Shown piece after piece: positions 9,391-19,189 of a stretch of DNA of 64,000 bases. How positions within the stretch are numbered: the first letter of the stretch is position 1; every line of letters starts with the position of its first letter. The notes under the pieces were generated by a model. The model was not told the DNA's origin. It worked only from the letters and a program-made list of their open reading frames with translations, and ran no database searches. This DNA is from an uncultured Mesoterricola sp. Its GTDB lineage: Bacteria; Acidobacteriota; Holophagae; Holophagales; Holophagaceae. Location: positions 47,165 to 111,164 of the forward strand of contig CAZVHQ010000007.1 in NCBI GenBank assembly GCA_964627225.1, in the 5' to 3' direction. Both the position numbers and the translations under genes were made by a program.

Positions 9391-9925
9391 GCGGGAAGCG
9401 CTTGAGCATGGCGTCGACCGCGGATTTCACGGCCTCGTCGGCTTCCGCGGGGCTGTCCGAGCCCTCCAGCGCGCTATCCGCGGTGGCCTTCCACACCACG
9501 GTGTGGGTGCGGAAATCCTGGATCTCCATGACCAGCCCGCCCACCGCCTCGCGCTGGCGGTCGCCGATGGGGGCACCCACTCCCAGCCCCAAGGGCCCCA
9601 GCCCCAAGCCCACCCCCAGATGGGCCTGGTGCGACCGGCTGCCCTGGCGGACCGGATAGCTGCTCACCAGGAAATCCGGTTGCGCCGCGCCCTGCTGCTG
9701 GAAGCCCTTGGCCTCCAGCGCCGCCACCACGGCGCGCTGCACCCGGCTGTTCATGATTGGATTATCGAACTCGCCCGCCCTGCCCCGGGGCGCGGCCTGC
9801 CAGGCGAAGGTGCGGTAGCCGGCGAAGTCGGCCTTGGCGTCAAAATCGTAGCGGACGCTGGGTCCGGAGCAGGCCACCAGCGCGGCCAGCGCGCCTGTGA
9901 CCAGCAGTGACCGGTGGATGTTCAT
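9380..9925 (-). CDS. DUF4136 family lipoprotein
   Basis: lipobox LVAC; DFDAKADFAGYRTFAW; LEAKGF; VVWKA; AVDAMLKRFPP. Confidence 0.82.
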   Translation of the reverse strand: MNIHRSLLVTGALAALVACSGPSVRYDFDAKADFAGYRTFAWQAAPRGRAGEFDNPIMNSRVQRAVVAALEAKGFQQQGAAQPDFLVSSYPVRQGSRSHQAHLGVGLGLGPLGLGVGAPIGDRQREAVGGLVMEIQDFRTHTVVWKATADSALEGSDSPAEADEAVKSAVDAMLKRFPPKR

Positions 9926-9973
9926 GAGCCCTCCCTGAAAGGACCAGACCCCGGCTGGGACCGGGAGGTTGAA

Positions 9974-11719
9974 TTATCCCGCGGGAACCTCTCCGAGCGC
10001 CTTGCGCACCACCGCCAGGGCGTCCTTGATGCTGCACGGCTTGGACAGGAACCCCGCCAGCCCCTTGTCGGCCAGGACCGACGTGGCCTCCCGCTCGCCA
10101 TAGCCGCTCATGAGCACCACCGGAATGTCCGGGGCCAGCTTGTGGATCTCCTCGAACACCTCCTCGCCGCCCATGCGCGGCATGGTGAGATCCAGCAGGA
10201 CCAGGGAAATGACCGACCGGTGCCGGTGGAAGGCGCCGAGCCCCTCCACCCCGTCGCCCGCTTCGAGCACCTTGAATCCGGCGATCTCCAGGCCCTGGCG
10301 GAGAATGACGCGGATGGTGGGCTCGTCGTCCACCAGCAGGATGACCTCGGAGGACCCGGCCAAAGGGGCGCCCTCGTCCCCGGCCTCGGGCTCCGGCGCC
10401 TTGCCGGCCAGGGGGAAGTAGAGCACCGTGGTGTCGCCCTGGCCCGGGGCGGAGACGTTGTGCACCGCGCCGAGGTGCTCGCGCATGATCTGCTGCACCG
10501 CCGACAGCCCCAGGCCGTACCCCGGCCACTTGGCGGCGAACAGCGGATCGTAGAACTGCTCGGTGATCTCCAGGGGCTTGCCCGGGCCGGTATCGCGCAC
10601 TTCCAGGCAGACGTGGGGCCCCTCCAGGCCGGGTGCCGGCTCGGCCATCTGCCTGACCCGGGTGCGCAGGCGGATCTCGCCGCCGGCGATGCGGATGGCG
10701 TCCGCGGCGTTGTAGACCAGGTTCAGCAGGGCGTAGCGCACCTGGTTCAGGTCCAGGCTCACCAGGGGCAGCTCCTCTTCCAGATCCAGTTCCAGATGGC
10801 CGCCCTGGGGGATCATGCCCTCGATGGCCGGCAGGCTTTCGCGCACCACGTCGTTGAGCTGCCGCGGCGCGATCTGCAGGCGCCCGTGGCCGCTGTAGGC
10901 CACCATCTGGCGGCACAGCGCCGAGGCCCGGACCATGCTCGACTGGATATTCTCCAGGCTGCTCCTGAGCCTGGCCGCGTCCACGGCCCCGCCCAGGGCG
11001 ATCTCGGTAAAGCCCTGGATACCCATCAAGGTGTTGCTGAGATCATGCAGGGTGCCCCGGGCCAGGACCCCGAGGCTCTCCTGCTGCTGGGCCTGCAGCA
11101 GGGCGGCCTCGTAGGTGCGCTGCTCGGTCACGTCGTGGATCACCGCCAGGAATTCGGCCGGCTGCCCGTTGGGGTTGCGGACGAACACGGTCATGCGGCT
11201 CTTGAACCAGCGGTAGACGCCCCGCTGGTCGCGCACCCGGAAGGTCTGCTCATGGATCAGCTCCCGGCCGTCGGGCGGCGGAGGCGCCAGCAGCTTTTCG
11301 TACTGCCGCTGCACCACCGGCAGGTCCTCCGGGTGCACCAGCGAAGCGAAAAAGGACAGTCCGCCCTTGAGGAAGGCCTCCTGGGGGTAGCCCAGCAGGT
11401 TGGTCACCGCCGGGTTCAGGTAGATGAAGCGCTGGCCGCGCGTCTGGATGATGGCGTGGATGTCCTGGGAGAGGTCGGCCACCGCCTCGATGTAGCGCTC
11501 CCCTTCCTCCAGGGCCAGTTCCGTGTCCCGGGCCCGGACCATGAGCCGCCGGATGGCCAGCACCCCCACCACGGCCATGGCCGCCACCCCGAGGCCGGGC
11601 AACGGGCTGCGCGGCCCGGGCAGGAGCATCATGGTGCCGGCGGTGCCCAGGAACAACAGGCCGAACAGGCTGAGCAGGGTCGCGGTGGATAGCATCCGCT
11701 TCAGGGCCAGGGCGGGCAT
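9974..11719 (-). CDS. membrane PAS hybrid sensor histidine kinase / response regulator
   Basis: 2 TM segments, PAS (VHPEDL..YRWF..DVTE), H-box TLHDLSN, NLVYNA, DTGPG, GLGL, receiver LLVDDE..DLTMP. Confidence 0.9.
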   Translation of the reverse strand: MPALALKRMLSTATLLSLFGLLFLGTAGTMMLLPGPRSPLPGLGVAAMAVVGVLAIRRLMVRARDTELALEEGERYIEAVADLSQDIHAIIQTRGQRFIYLNPAVTNLLGYPQEAFLKGGLSFFASLVHPEDLPVVQRQYEKLLAPPPPDGRELIHEQTFRVRDQRGVYRWFKSRMTVFVRNPNGQPAEFLAVIHDVTEQRTYEAALLQAQQQESLGVLARGTLHDLSNTLMGIQGFTEIALGGAVDAARLRSSLENIQSSMVRASALCRQMVAYSGHGRLQIAPRQLNDVVRESLPAIEGMIPQGGHLELDLEEELPLVSLDLNQVRYALLNLVYNAADAIRIAGGEIRLRTRVRQMAEPAPGLEGPHVCLEVRDTGPGKPLEITEQFYDPLFAAKWPGYGLGLSAVQQIMREHLGAVHNVSAPGQGDTTVLYFPLAGKAPEPEAGDEGAPLAGSSEVILLVDDEPTIRVILRQGLEIAGFKVLEAGDGVEGLGAFHRHRSVISLVLLDLTMPRMGGEEVFEEIHKLAPDIPVVLMSGYGEREATSVLADKGLAGFLSKPCSIKDALAVVRKALGEVPAG

Positions 11720-11822
11720 GGTTCACCTCTGCGTCGGTAGGACATGAGGAGCGAGATCGATGGGACCATTTCACCAGCAAAACCCGCCGGCCGGAGCCTT
11801 ATTTGTGCAAGCATGATGGGCC

Positions 11823-12653
11823 ATGGAGGTTGCCATGCCGTTCCCAGCGCTCGTGTCCATCCGCGAGATCCCCCCCGGAAGCCTGCTCCTGGATGCCCGG
11901 CCGGGCCCGGAAGCCTTTGCCGGCGGCCATCTCCCGGGCGCGCTGCACGCCGACCTGAACCGCTGCCTCAGCCTCGCCTCGGCGCCGGCAGCCGATCCCG
12001 CCAGGGGCGGGCGCCACCCCTTGCCCCCGCCCGCCCAATGGGCCGCGCAGCTGGGCGCCTGGGGCATCACCCCGGAAACCTGGGTGGTGGCCTACGATGA
12101 CGCCAACGGCGGCAACGGCGCGGCCCGGCTCTGGTGGATGCTCCGGGCCTTCGGCCACCAGCGGGCCGCCGTCCTGGAGGGGGGGCTGCAGGCGGGCCTG
12201 GCCGGCGCGCCCGCCCCGGGCGCCCGTCCCGCCCCCGCCCCGCCCTACCCCGGCGACCGCTGGCTTTGGCCCACCGTGACCATGGACCAGGTGGACCGGC
12301 TGCGCCAGGACCCCGCCTGGAAAGTGCTCGACGTGCGTTCCCGCCCCCGCTACCGGGGGGAAAGCGAACCCATCGACCCGGTGGCCGGGCATATCCCCGG
12401 CGCCTTGAACCTGCCGTTCGCCGAGAACCTGGACGCCCAGGGCCGCTTCAAGGACTGCGGAACCCTGCGCCAGATCTACCAGGACTTCCTGGCCGGCACC
12501 GGCCCCGAGCATCTGGTGGTGCACTGCGGCAGCGGCGTGACCGCCTGCCATACCCTGCTCGCCCTGCACCTGGCCGGCCTGGCCGGAGCGGCGCTCTACG
12601 TCGGGTCCTGGAGCGAATGGTGCAGGAACCCCATGCCGCGGGCCTCAGTTTGA
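11823..12653 (+). CDS. sseA: tandem-rhodanese sulfurtransferase (SseA/MPST family)
   Basis: GHLPGA, GGRHPLP, AARLWWML, active-site HCGSGVTAC, YVGSWSEW. Confidence 0.9.
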   Translation: MEVAMPFPALVSIREIPPGSLLLDARPGPEAFAGGHLPGALHADLNRCLSLASAPAADPARGGRHPLPPPAQWAAQLGAWGITPETWVVAYDDANGGNGAARLWWMLRAFGHQRAAVLEGGLQAGLAGAPAPGARPAPAPPYPGDRWLWPTVTMDQVDRLRQDPAWKVLDVRSRPRYRGESEPIDPVAGHIPGALNLPFAENLDAQGRFKDCGTLRQIYQDFLAGTGPEHLVVHCGSGVTACHTLLALHLAGLAGAALYVGSWSEWCRNPMPRASV

Positions 12654-13237
12654 CCGGTGGGCGGGTTCGCGCCGACCACCGACAGGATGAAACGGAGCGT
12701 GGATTTTCCCCCGTTGACGAAGGCGTACGGCCGATCCGACGGGAAAGTGATCGAACTCCCGGCCTTGAGGTTGCGGGTGCCCTTTTCGTGTTCCAGGATC
12801 ATGGTCCCCTTCACGATATAGACCATTTCCTTGGAGTTCTTCAGGTCCGGTTCGCCGTCGTAGCGATCGCCGGGCGCGAGGGTCCACTCGAAGATATCCA
12901 GGATGCGCGGCCGGACGAAACTGCCCAGGAGGGCCACCCGGGTGCCGGGGCAGGCGCCCTGCCAGACCTGGGGCCGGTGCTCCGGGAGGCCGGAACCGGC
13001 GGCCTCCTCCAGGGAGGCGTCCATGACCAGGTCGGTGAAGGAGATCCCGAACGCGACGGCAATCTTGCCGAGGGTCGCGAGGCTCACGTTCTCCTCGCCG
13101 CTTTCGATCTTGATGATCATCCCGCGGCTCACCTGGGACCGCTCCGCCAGCTCGATCTGGCTCCACTTGCGAGCGGCACGGCCCTCCTTGACGTTTTGGG
13201 AGACAATCCGCAAGAGGTTTTCGGGTCCGAACAACAT
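12596..13237 (-). CDS. XRE-family HTH + cupin transcriptional regulator
   Basis: WSQIELAERSQVSRGMIIKIESGEENVSLATL HTH; EMVYIVKG..LKAGSSITF cupin. Confidence 0.88.
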   Translation of the reverse strand: MLFGPENLLRIVSQNVKEGRAARKWSQIELAERSQVSRGMIIKIESGEENVSLATLGKIAVAFGISFTDLVMDASLEEAAGSGLPEHRPQVWQGACPGTRVALLGSFVRPRILDIFEWTLAPGDRYDGEPDLKNSKEMVYIVKGTMILEHEKGTRNLKAGSSITFPSDRPYAFVNGGKSTLRFILSVVGANPPTGQTEARGMGFLHHSLQDPT

Positions 13238-13530
13238 TTTTCCCTCAATGTAAAATAGGTTGCACCGGTTCTGGGTGACGACTCTACAGTGTCTACCATT
13301 TCACCAACTGGGCGTTCGACGGCGTCATGGCCTTTGGCGCGTTCATGGGCTTCACGGCACTCGCCGCCACCGCGATGCCGTTCTGGGCAGCAACCCGGGT
13401 ATCCATCCTTTGGACCATCGCGGTGGAGACGGCGGCGTACCGTCCCCTGCGGGTCCGCAAAGTGCCAATGTGTATTATATTATACCTACCGGACCCGATG
13501 GCCGGTCCCGCCCGCCGCCCAGGAGTTCTC

Positions 13531-14373
13531 ATGGAAGAACCCGCGCTGATCATCTTCACCCTTCTGCTCCAGGCCGCGGCCGGAGCGGCATGGTGGCTGG
13601 CGGGGCTGATCCCCTGGCTGGCGGGCCACGGCGATCCGGCCGGAGCGCGGGCCCTGGCGGCCTGGGGCTGGCCCGGGGTCGCCGGGATGGCCGTGGCCGG
13701 GGTGCTGGCCTCCTGCGGGCATCTGGGCGTCCCGGCCAATGCCTGGCGGGCGGCTTGCCATTGGCGGACTTCCTGGTTGAGCCGGGAGATCCTGGCGGCC
13801 ACCACCTTCACCGGCCTGGCGCTGGCGGCGGCCGCGGCGGCCCGTGCGGGCCTCCCCGGGGCCTGGGCCCAGGGGCTGGCGGCGGCGTCCGGCCTGATCC
13901 TGGTCCACTGCATGGCCCGCGCCTATCGCCTGGGCCCGGTGCCGGCCTGGAACACCCCGATCACGCCCGTCGTGTTTTTTTCCACCGCGCTGCTGCTGGG
14001 CGGGGGAACCCTCGGGGTGATCCTGGCCAGCCTTCCCGGCCACCGGGCCGGCCCGCTCGAACCCGTCTGGTCCATCTGGGCCACGGCTGTGGTGCTGCTG
14101 ACGAGTTCCAACCTGATCCTCACCGGGCTCTGGCTGGCTCAGCTGCCGGAAGCCATGAAGGCCCGGATGCTGGACCGGCATCGGTTCCTCGTGGCGGGGC
14201 GCTTCGGCCTGGCCTTGGCCGGGATCGGCGCGGTGGTGCTCGCCCGTTCCGGCGGGGGCCAGCTGCCGTTGCGGCTGGGCGCCATCCTGGCCATGGCCGG
14301 TTCGGAAGGGTTTGGCCGGGCCCTGTTCTATTCGGGACGTCTGGCCCATGGCGTGTACCTGTACAAAGGCTGA
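13531..14373 (+). CDS. dmsC: DmsC-like membrane anchor subunit
   Basis: MEEPALIIFTLLLQ start, HLG.P, SWLSRE, PAWN, E..GRALFY DmsC motifs; multiple TM segments. Confidence 0.8.
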   Translation: MEEPALIIFTLLLQAAAGAAWWLAGLIPWLAGHGDPAGARALAAWGWPGVAGMAVAGVLASCGHLGVPANAWRAACHWRTSWLSREILAATTFTGLALAAAAAARAGLPGAWAQGLAAASGLILVHCMARAYRLGPVPAWNTPITPVVFFSTALLLGGGTLGVILASLPGHRAGPLEPVWSIWATAVVLLTSSNLILTGLWLAQLPEAMKARMLDRHRFLVAGRFGLALAGIGAVVLARSGGGQLPLRLGAILAMAGSEGFGRALFYSGRLAHGVYLYKG

Positions 14374-14382
14374 GGAGGGAAG

Positions 14383-16995
14383 ATGATGCACCCTGACCGG
14401 CCGGGAGGGCCGAATGCCGAGGGCCGCCTGGGAATGTGGCGGAACCTGCTGAAGGACGCTTGGCCCTTGTCGCTCCTGGCCCGGCCGGTCCGCCTGGAAC
14501 GTCCCAGCGACGGCCATTGGGTTCCCGCGGTCTGCTGGCATGACTGCGGCGGACGGTGCGTCCTCAAGGCGCTGGTGGTCGAGGGCACCGTGGTCCGGCT
14601 CAAGACCGACGACACCCACCCCGACAGCCCCGATTACCCCCAGCAGCGCGCCTGCGTGCGGGGAAGATCGCAAAGGGGACAGGTGTTCGCCCCGGACCGC
14701 CTGAAATACCCCATGCGGCGCCTGCATTGGTCCCCCGGCGGGGGGGACCGCTCCCTGCGCGGGCGGGACGAATGGGTCCGGATCTCCTGGGACGAGGCCC
14801 TGGACCTGGTCGCCAGCGAGATCAGGCGGGTCCGGGACACCTATGGCAACGCCGCCATCTTCAATCGCGGCGGCGAAATGAAGCGGACCCTGAACCTCTA
14901 TGGCGGCTGCGTGGACAGCTGGACCACCGGTTCGCACGGATCATGGATGGCGAGCGGCAAGCTGATCGGACTGTACCAGCCCGCCGGCGAGCATGGCTTT
15001 GATGCGGACGGCGCGCTGGGCGACCGCATGGACCTGAGGGAAAGCGAGCTGATCGTGATGTGGGGCGTCAACCCGGCCTGGAGCAGCCCGGGCAGCCCCA
15101 CCTACAACTTCATGCAGGCCAAGAAGGCCGGGGCGAAGTTCATCTTCATCGATCCCTTCTACAGCGCCTCGGCGGCCCTGCTGGCGGACGACTGGATCCC
15201 GGTCCGTCCGGGCACGGACCATGCGCTGATTCTCGGCATGATCCACACGTTGATCACGGAGGACGACCCCCAGCGCAATCCCCTCATCGCCTGGGATTTC
15301 CTCAACCGCTGCACGGTGGGCTTCGACGCCGGGCACATGCCGCCCGGAGTGGCGCCGGATGGGAACTTCCGCGACTACGTGCTGGGCCGGCCGGATGGCC
15401 GGAGCAAAACCCCGGAGTGGGCGGCGGACATCTGCGGCGTGCCGCCGGCGCGCATCCGCGACCTGGCGCGGGAGGTGGCCCGGGTCCGGAAGGTGGCCCT
15501 GCTCACCAGCTGGGCTCCGGCCCGGGTCAACAACTCGGATTCCTGGCCCCAGGCTTTCATGACCCTGGGCTGCATGACCGGCCATATCGGCCAGCCGGGG
15601 AACATGACCGGCACCTCGGTGCACTTCTCCTCGGGCAACGGCGGCCCCCACCTGGTGCTGGCCGGCCCCACCGGGGTCGAACCCATCCCCAACCCCATCG
15701 GCGGCGCGGACGACTATACCCAGGGACGGCCCGCAAAGGGCATGAGCGTCGCCTGCAACCAGATCTGGGATGCCATCCTCGAAGAACAGTACCTGGCGGG
15801 CAAGGACGATCTGCGCCCCCTGAACCTCAAGCTGATGTACCACGGAGGGGAAACCAATATCCTGGGCTCCCGCCAGGGGCTGCTCAAAGGCATCCAGGCC
15901 TTCCGCAAGATGGAGTTCGTGGTCACCCACGCCCAGTTCCTGACCACCACCGCCAAGTACTCGGACGTGGTGCTGCCGGTGACCACCCCATGGGAGCGCT
16001 TCGGCTGGTTGCGCACCTACCAGAACAACCGCGAGGTGCTCACCATGGGCAGCCAGGTGGTCCAGCCGCTGTTCGAGGCGAAGGATGACATGTGGATCGC
16101 CCGGGAAGTGGGTGTCCGCCTGGGCCTGGATCCCCTGAAGATCGACCCGGTGAGCCTTCCGCAGCAGATCTTCAACGCCGCCAAGGGGGCCGTGGTGGTG
16201 CGGGAAGACGGCGGGGGCTACGAACCCCTGCTCACCATCACCCCGGAGGACATCGCCGAACTGGGCGTCCAGGGCGAACCCCAGCAGGGCCGGATCGCCT
16301 TCCAGACCTTCCGCCGGCAAGGGGTCCATCAGGTGCCCCGCAAACCGGGCGACGCTTTCCGGCATGTGCCATTGCAAGCCTTCCGGGAGGACCCGGAAGC
16401 CCATCCGCTGGCCACCCGCAGCGGCAAGCTGGAGATCCATTGCCAGGCGCTGGCGGACTTCGTGGGAAGCTGCGGCTGGAACGAGCTGCGGCCGATCCCC
16501 GCCTACAACCCGGCCCGGGAGGGTTACGAGGACACCTTCGACGACTGGGAAACCAGGAAGAAGGGGCCGTTCCCCCTGCAGTTCTACTCCGTGCATTACC
16601 TTCGCCGGGCCAATTCCACCTATGACAACGTTTCGTGGCTGCGCGAAGCCTGGCCCCAGGAATTTTTCATGAATCCGCTGGATGCCCAGGCCCGGGGCAT
16701 CCAGAACGGCGACACCGTGACGGTCACCAGCCATCATGGTGCCGTCCTGCGGCGCGTGCGCGTCACCAGCCGGATGATGCCCGGGGTGACCACCATGGGG
16801 GCGGGTGCCTGGGCCGAACTGGACCCGGAGGAGGGCCTGGACCGGGCCGGCAACACCAACACCCTGAGCGGCCAGACGCCGACCGGGCAGGGGATCAGCG
16901 GGTGGAACTCCTGCACGGTCCAGGTGGCCAAGAGTGCTCTGGAACTGGCTCCCGACGCCCGCTGGGCGCCGCGGGTCGTGTTCGGGAAGGATTGA
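14383..16995 (+). CDS. dmsA: DMSO reductase family molybdopterin oxidoreductase catalytic subunit
   Basis: CWHDCGGRC..ACVRG Fe-S motif, RLKYPMRR, ISWDEAL, PGTD, SGKLEI, NPLDAQARGI. Confidence 0.88.
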   Translation: MMHPDRPGGPNAEGRLGMWRNLLKDAWPLSLLARPVRLERPSDGHWVPAVCWHDCGGRCVLKALVVEGTVVRLKTDDTHPDSPDYPQQRACVRGRSQRGQVFAPDRLKYPMRRLHWSPGGGDRSLRGRDEWVRISWDEALDLVASEIRRVRDTYGNAAIFNRGGEMKRTLNLYGGCVDSWTTGSHGSWMASGKLIGLYQPAGEHGFDADGALGDRMDLRESELIVMWGVNPAWSSPGSPTYNFMQAKKAGAKFIFIDPFYSASAALLADDWIPVRPGTDHALILGMIHTLITEDDPQRNPLIAWDFLNRCTVGFDAGHMPPGVAPDGNFRDYVLGRPDGRSKTPEWAADICGVPPARIRDLAREVARVRKVALLTSWAPARVNNSDSWPQAFMTLGCMTGHIGQPGNMTGTSVHFSSGNGGPHLVLAGPTGVEPIPNPIGGADDYTQGRPAKGMSVACNQIWDAILEEQYLAGKDDLRPLNLKLMYHGGETNILGSRQGLLKGIQAFRKMEFVVTHAQFLTTTAKYSDVVLPVTTPWERFGWLRTYQNNREVLTMGSQVVQPLFEAKDDMWIAREVGVRLGLDPLKIDPVSLPQQIFNAAKGAVVVREDGGGYEPLLTITPEDIAELGVQGEPQQGRIAFQTFRRQGVHQVPRKPGDAFRHVPLQAFREDPEAHPLATRSGKLEIHCQALADFVGSCGWNELRPIPAYNPAREGYEDTFDDWETRKKGPFPLQFYSVHYLRRANSTYDNVSWLREAWPQEFFMNPLDAQARGIQNGDTVTVTSHHGAVLRRVRVTSRMMPGVTTMGAGAWAELDPEEGLDRAGNTNTLSGQTPTGQGISGWNSCTVQVAKSALELAPDARWAPRVVFGKD

Positions 16996-17002
16996 GGCGG
17001 GC

Positions 17003-17647
17003 ATGGATTCCCAGTGGGCCTTTCATTTCGACGCCAGTGCCTGCACCGGCTGCAAGGCCTGCCAGGTGGCCTGCAAGGACAAGAACGACCTGCCGGTGGG
17101 GGTGAGTTGGCGCAGGGTCATCGAATACGCCGGGGGCGGCTGGCGGCCCGAAGGAGGCCTGTGGGTGCCGGTGGGGATATTCGCCTACCATGTTTCCCTG
17201 TCATGCATGCATTGCGCGGAACCCGCGTGCATGGCCGCCTGCCCGGCGGCGGCCATCCGCAAGCGGGAGGACGGGGTGGTCCTGGTGGACAGCACCCGGT
17301 GCCTGGGCTGTCATTACTGCGAATGGTCCTGCCCCTACGGCGCGCCCCAGTTCGGCCTGCAGGGGGACAGCATGAGCAAGTGCGATTTCTGCGTGGACCT
17401 GCTGGCGCTGGGACAGAATCCCGTGTGCGTGGACGCCTGCCCGACCCGGGCCCTGCATTGGGGCGAGCTGGGACTCATCCGGGAGACGTATGGGCAGGTC
17501 CAGGCCCTGGAGCCCCTGCCCGGCCCGGACCAGACCGGCCCCTCATTCATCGTGACGCCGCACCGCCATGCCCAGCTTCCAGGCCAGGGCACGGGCCGTG
17601 TGGCCCGGATGCCGGAACCCAGGTCCCGCGGCGGAGGCCGGCCATGA
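17003..17647 (+). CDS. dmsB: DmsB-like 4Fe-4S electron transfer subunit
   Basis: CTGCKACQVAC, CMHCAEPACMAACP, CLGCHYCEWSCP, KCDFC..CVDACP. Confidence 0.92.
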   Translation: MDSQWAFHFDASACTGCKACQVACKDKNDLPVGVSWRRVIEYAGGGWRPEGGLWVPVGIFAYHVSLSCMHCAEPACMAACPAAAIRKREDGVVLVDSTRCLGCHYCEWSCPYGAPQFGLQGDSMSKCDFCVDLLALGQNPVCVDACPTRALHWGELGLIRETYGQVQALEPLPGPDQTGPSFIVTPHRHAQLPGQGTGRVARMPEPRSRGGGRP

Positions 17648-18306
17648 CCCCGGATGAGCTCGAACCGGTCCTGGCCGGCCTCGGCCTCGCCTTTCACGGT
17701 CTGGCCTGGATGTTCTACCAGGCCCCATCCCCTGAAAGCACGGCCGTCCTCATGGGACCCGGGGCCCTGGAACACTGGGTGGTGGACGCCGCCGACCGGC
17801 ACACCCGGACCGGGCTGGAGTTGTTGCGGGTGTACCGGGAGCATTGGGGCCCGGACGCCCTGGCCTCCCTGACGGCGGATTTCAACCGGCTGTTCGTGGG
17901 GCCCGGCAGCCTGCTCGCTCCGCCTTGGGAATCCGTCCACCGGGGGGTCGACCATCTCCTGTTTGATCACCACACCCTGGCGGTGCGCGCCTGGTATGCC
18001 CGGTTCGGGCTGGAAGCCCCGAACCATGGCCACGAGCCTGACGACCACCTGGGTCTGGAACTGGCCTTCATGGGCCAGCTCTGCGATCTGGCCGCGTGCC
18101 GGAACGGCCGCAAGGAGATCCTGCAGGCCATGGGCGGGTTCCTGGACGAACACCTGTTGTGCTGGGCGCCGGCCTGCCTGGGGCAGATCCAGGCCCGCGC
18201 CAGGACGCCCTACTACCAGGGCCTGGCCCACCTGGCCCAGGGCTGCCTGCACCTTGCAGTCCGGTGCCTTTCAACCTTTGGGGACGGCCGGCCCCATGAC
18301 CCCTGA
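17644..18306 (+). CDS. dmsD: TorD/DmsD family maturation chaperone
   Basis: FNRLFVGPG..APPWESV, EPDDHLGLEL, FLDEHLLCW. Confidence 0.9.
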   Translation: MTPDELEPVLAGLGLAFHGLAWMFYQAPSPESTAVLMGPGALEHWVVDAADRHTRTGLELLRVYREHWGPDALASLTADFNRLFVGPGSLLAPPWESVHRGVDHLLFDHHTLAVRAWYARFGLEAPNHGHEPDDHLGLELAFMGQLCDLAACRNGRKEILQAMGGFLDEHLLCWAPACLGQIQARARTPYYQGLAHLAQGCLHLAVRCLSTFGDGRPHDP

Positions 18307-18584
18307 CCACCTCACGGATATCCTCGACCTTGCCTCCAGGGACCATGCCCAGCGAGGAGAGGTTCAACATCATGCCCGTCGAACTCGACATGCCGGTGTC
18401 AGCCATCATCTCCCGCCCCAGGGTGCACGTCCCCTGCGCTGCCTGCGGCGGGCAGATCATGAATGGGCGGACCGTCCCCATCGATGGGGCGCGGATCTGC
18501 AAGGCTTGCGCCCATGAAGGCTATTTCAGGTTCCTGGCTCCCGAGGCCGGCCTCACCCGCTGGACATCTCCCACATGGCGTTGA
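18296..18584 (+). pseudogene. FmdE-family protein remnant with internal deletion and frame change
   Basis: N-terminal ILDLASRDH joined out of frame to MPSEERF..IISRP..CAACG..CKAC..GYF C-terminal Zn finger. Confidence 0.65.
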
Positions 18585-19023
18585 CGATGCTCCAGCGGAC
18601 TCCGGCCCGGGCCAGATGCACGTGCAGCGCCCAGCCCGCCAGCAGCGCCAGCGCGCTGGCGGAGCGCGGCCGCACGTCCAGCACCCGCACCTCCAGGCTG
18701 CGCCGGTCCGGCGCGATCTTGCCGCCAAGCGTGCCCTGGAGCCCCAGCTCGCTCAGCACCAGGCCCTCGGCGTCGCCGCAGGGCCTGGGCCCCCCGTCCC
18801 GGACCCGCATCAGCCGGTTCACGAACTCCGGATGCAGGCAGCGCATCATGGCCTGGGCGTCGCCGGCGAACCAGGCCCAGGCGAACTCGGTGACTTCCCG
18901 CTTGATGGCGGCGCGCGGCTCTTCCACGGCCACCCCTTGCCGCCCGGACCAGCGGCAGGCCATGACCTCGCTGCCCAGCACGGCCGACCTCACGCCGGAT
19001 GATTTCTCCTGCCCTCGCGGCAT
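18553..19023 (-). CDS. NTF2/SnoaL-like (lumazine-binding 2) protein
   Basis: AWFAGDAQAMMRCLHPE; VRVLDV..SASA; VHLAR..WSIVNAMWE. Confidence 0.7.
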   Translation of the reverse strand: MPRGQEKSSGVRSAVLGSEVMACRWSGRQGVAVEEPRAAIKREVTEFAWAWFAGDAQAMMRCLHPEFVNRLMRVRDGGPRPCGDAEGLVLSELGLQGTLGGKIAPDRRSLEVRVLDVRPRSASALALLAGWALHVHLARAGVRWSIVNAMWEMSSG

Positions 19024-19136
19024 GTCCCCCTCCCAGGTATGGTTTGACCCCCGAAAAGTGCGCCGGGCAGTACTTCGGTTCGCCCCGGCCGAACTTTTTT
19101 TTGCGTATCGCCGGCAGTTATGGGTTCGTTGCATGC

Positions 19137-19164
19137 AAATTCTTGACCGAATCAATCAGGAACA
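19137..19164 (+). promoter_or_regulatory. putative IscR type-1-like autoregulatory operator
   Basis: AAATTCTTGACCGAATCAATCAGGAACA, an imperfect palindrome directly upstream of the Rrf2 gene, overlapping a TTGACC -35-like hexamer. Confidence 0.5.
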
Positions 19165-19189
19165 TTATATTTAATGGTGTTTCGACAGG

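Noticed and set aside
13327..13530. Hydrophobic in-frame extension upstream of dmsC
   Set aside because: The DmsC family start and AGGAG RBS are at 13531; the upstream part spans an AT-rich promoter-like stretch and at most is an unassignable membrane-gene remnant.
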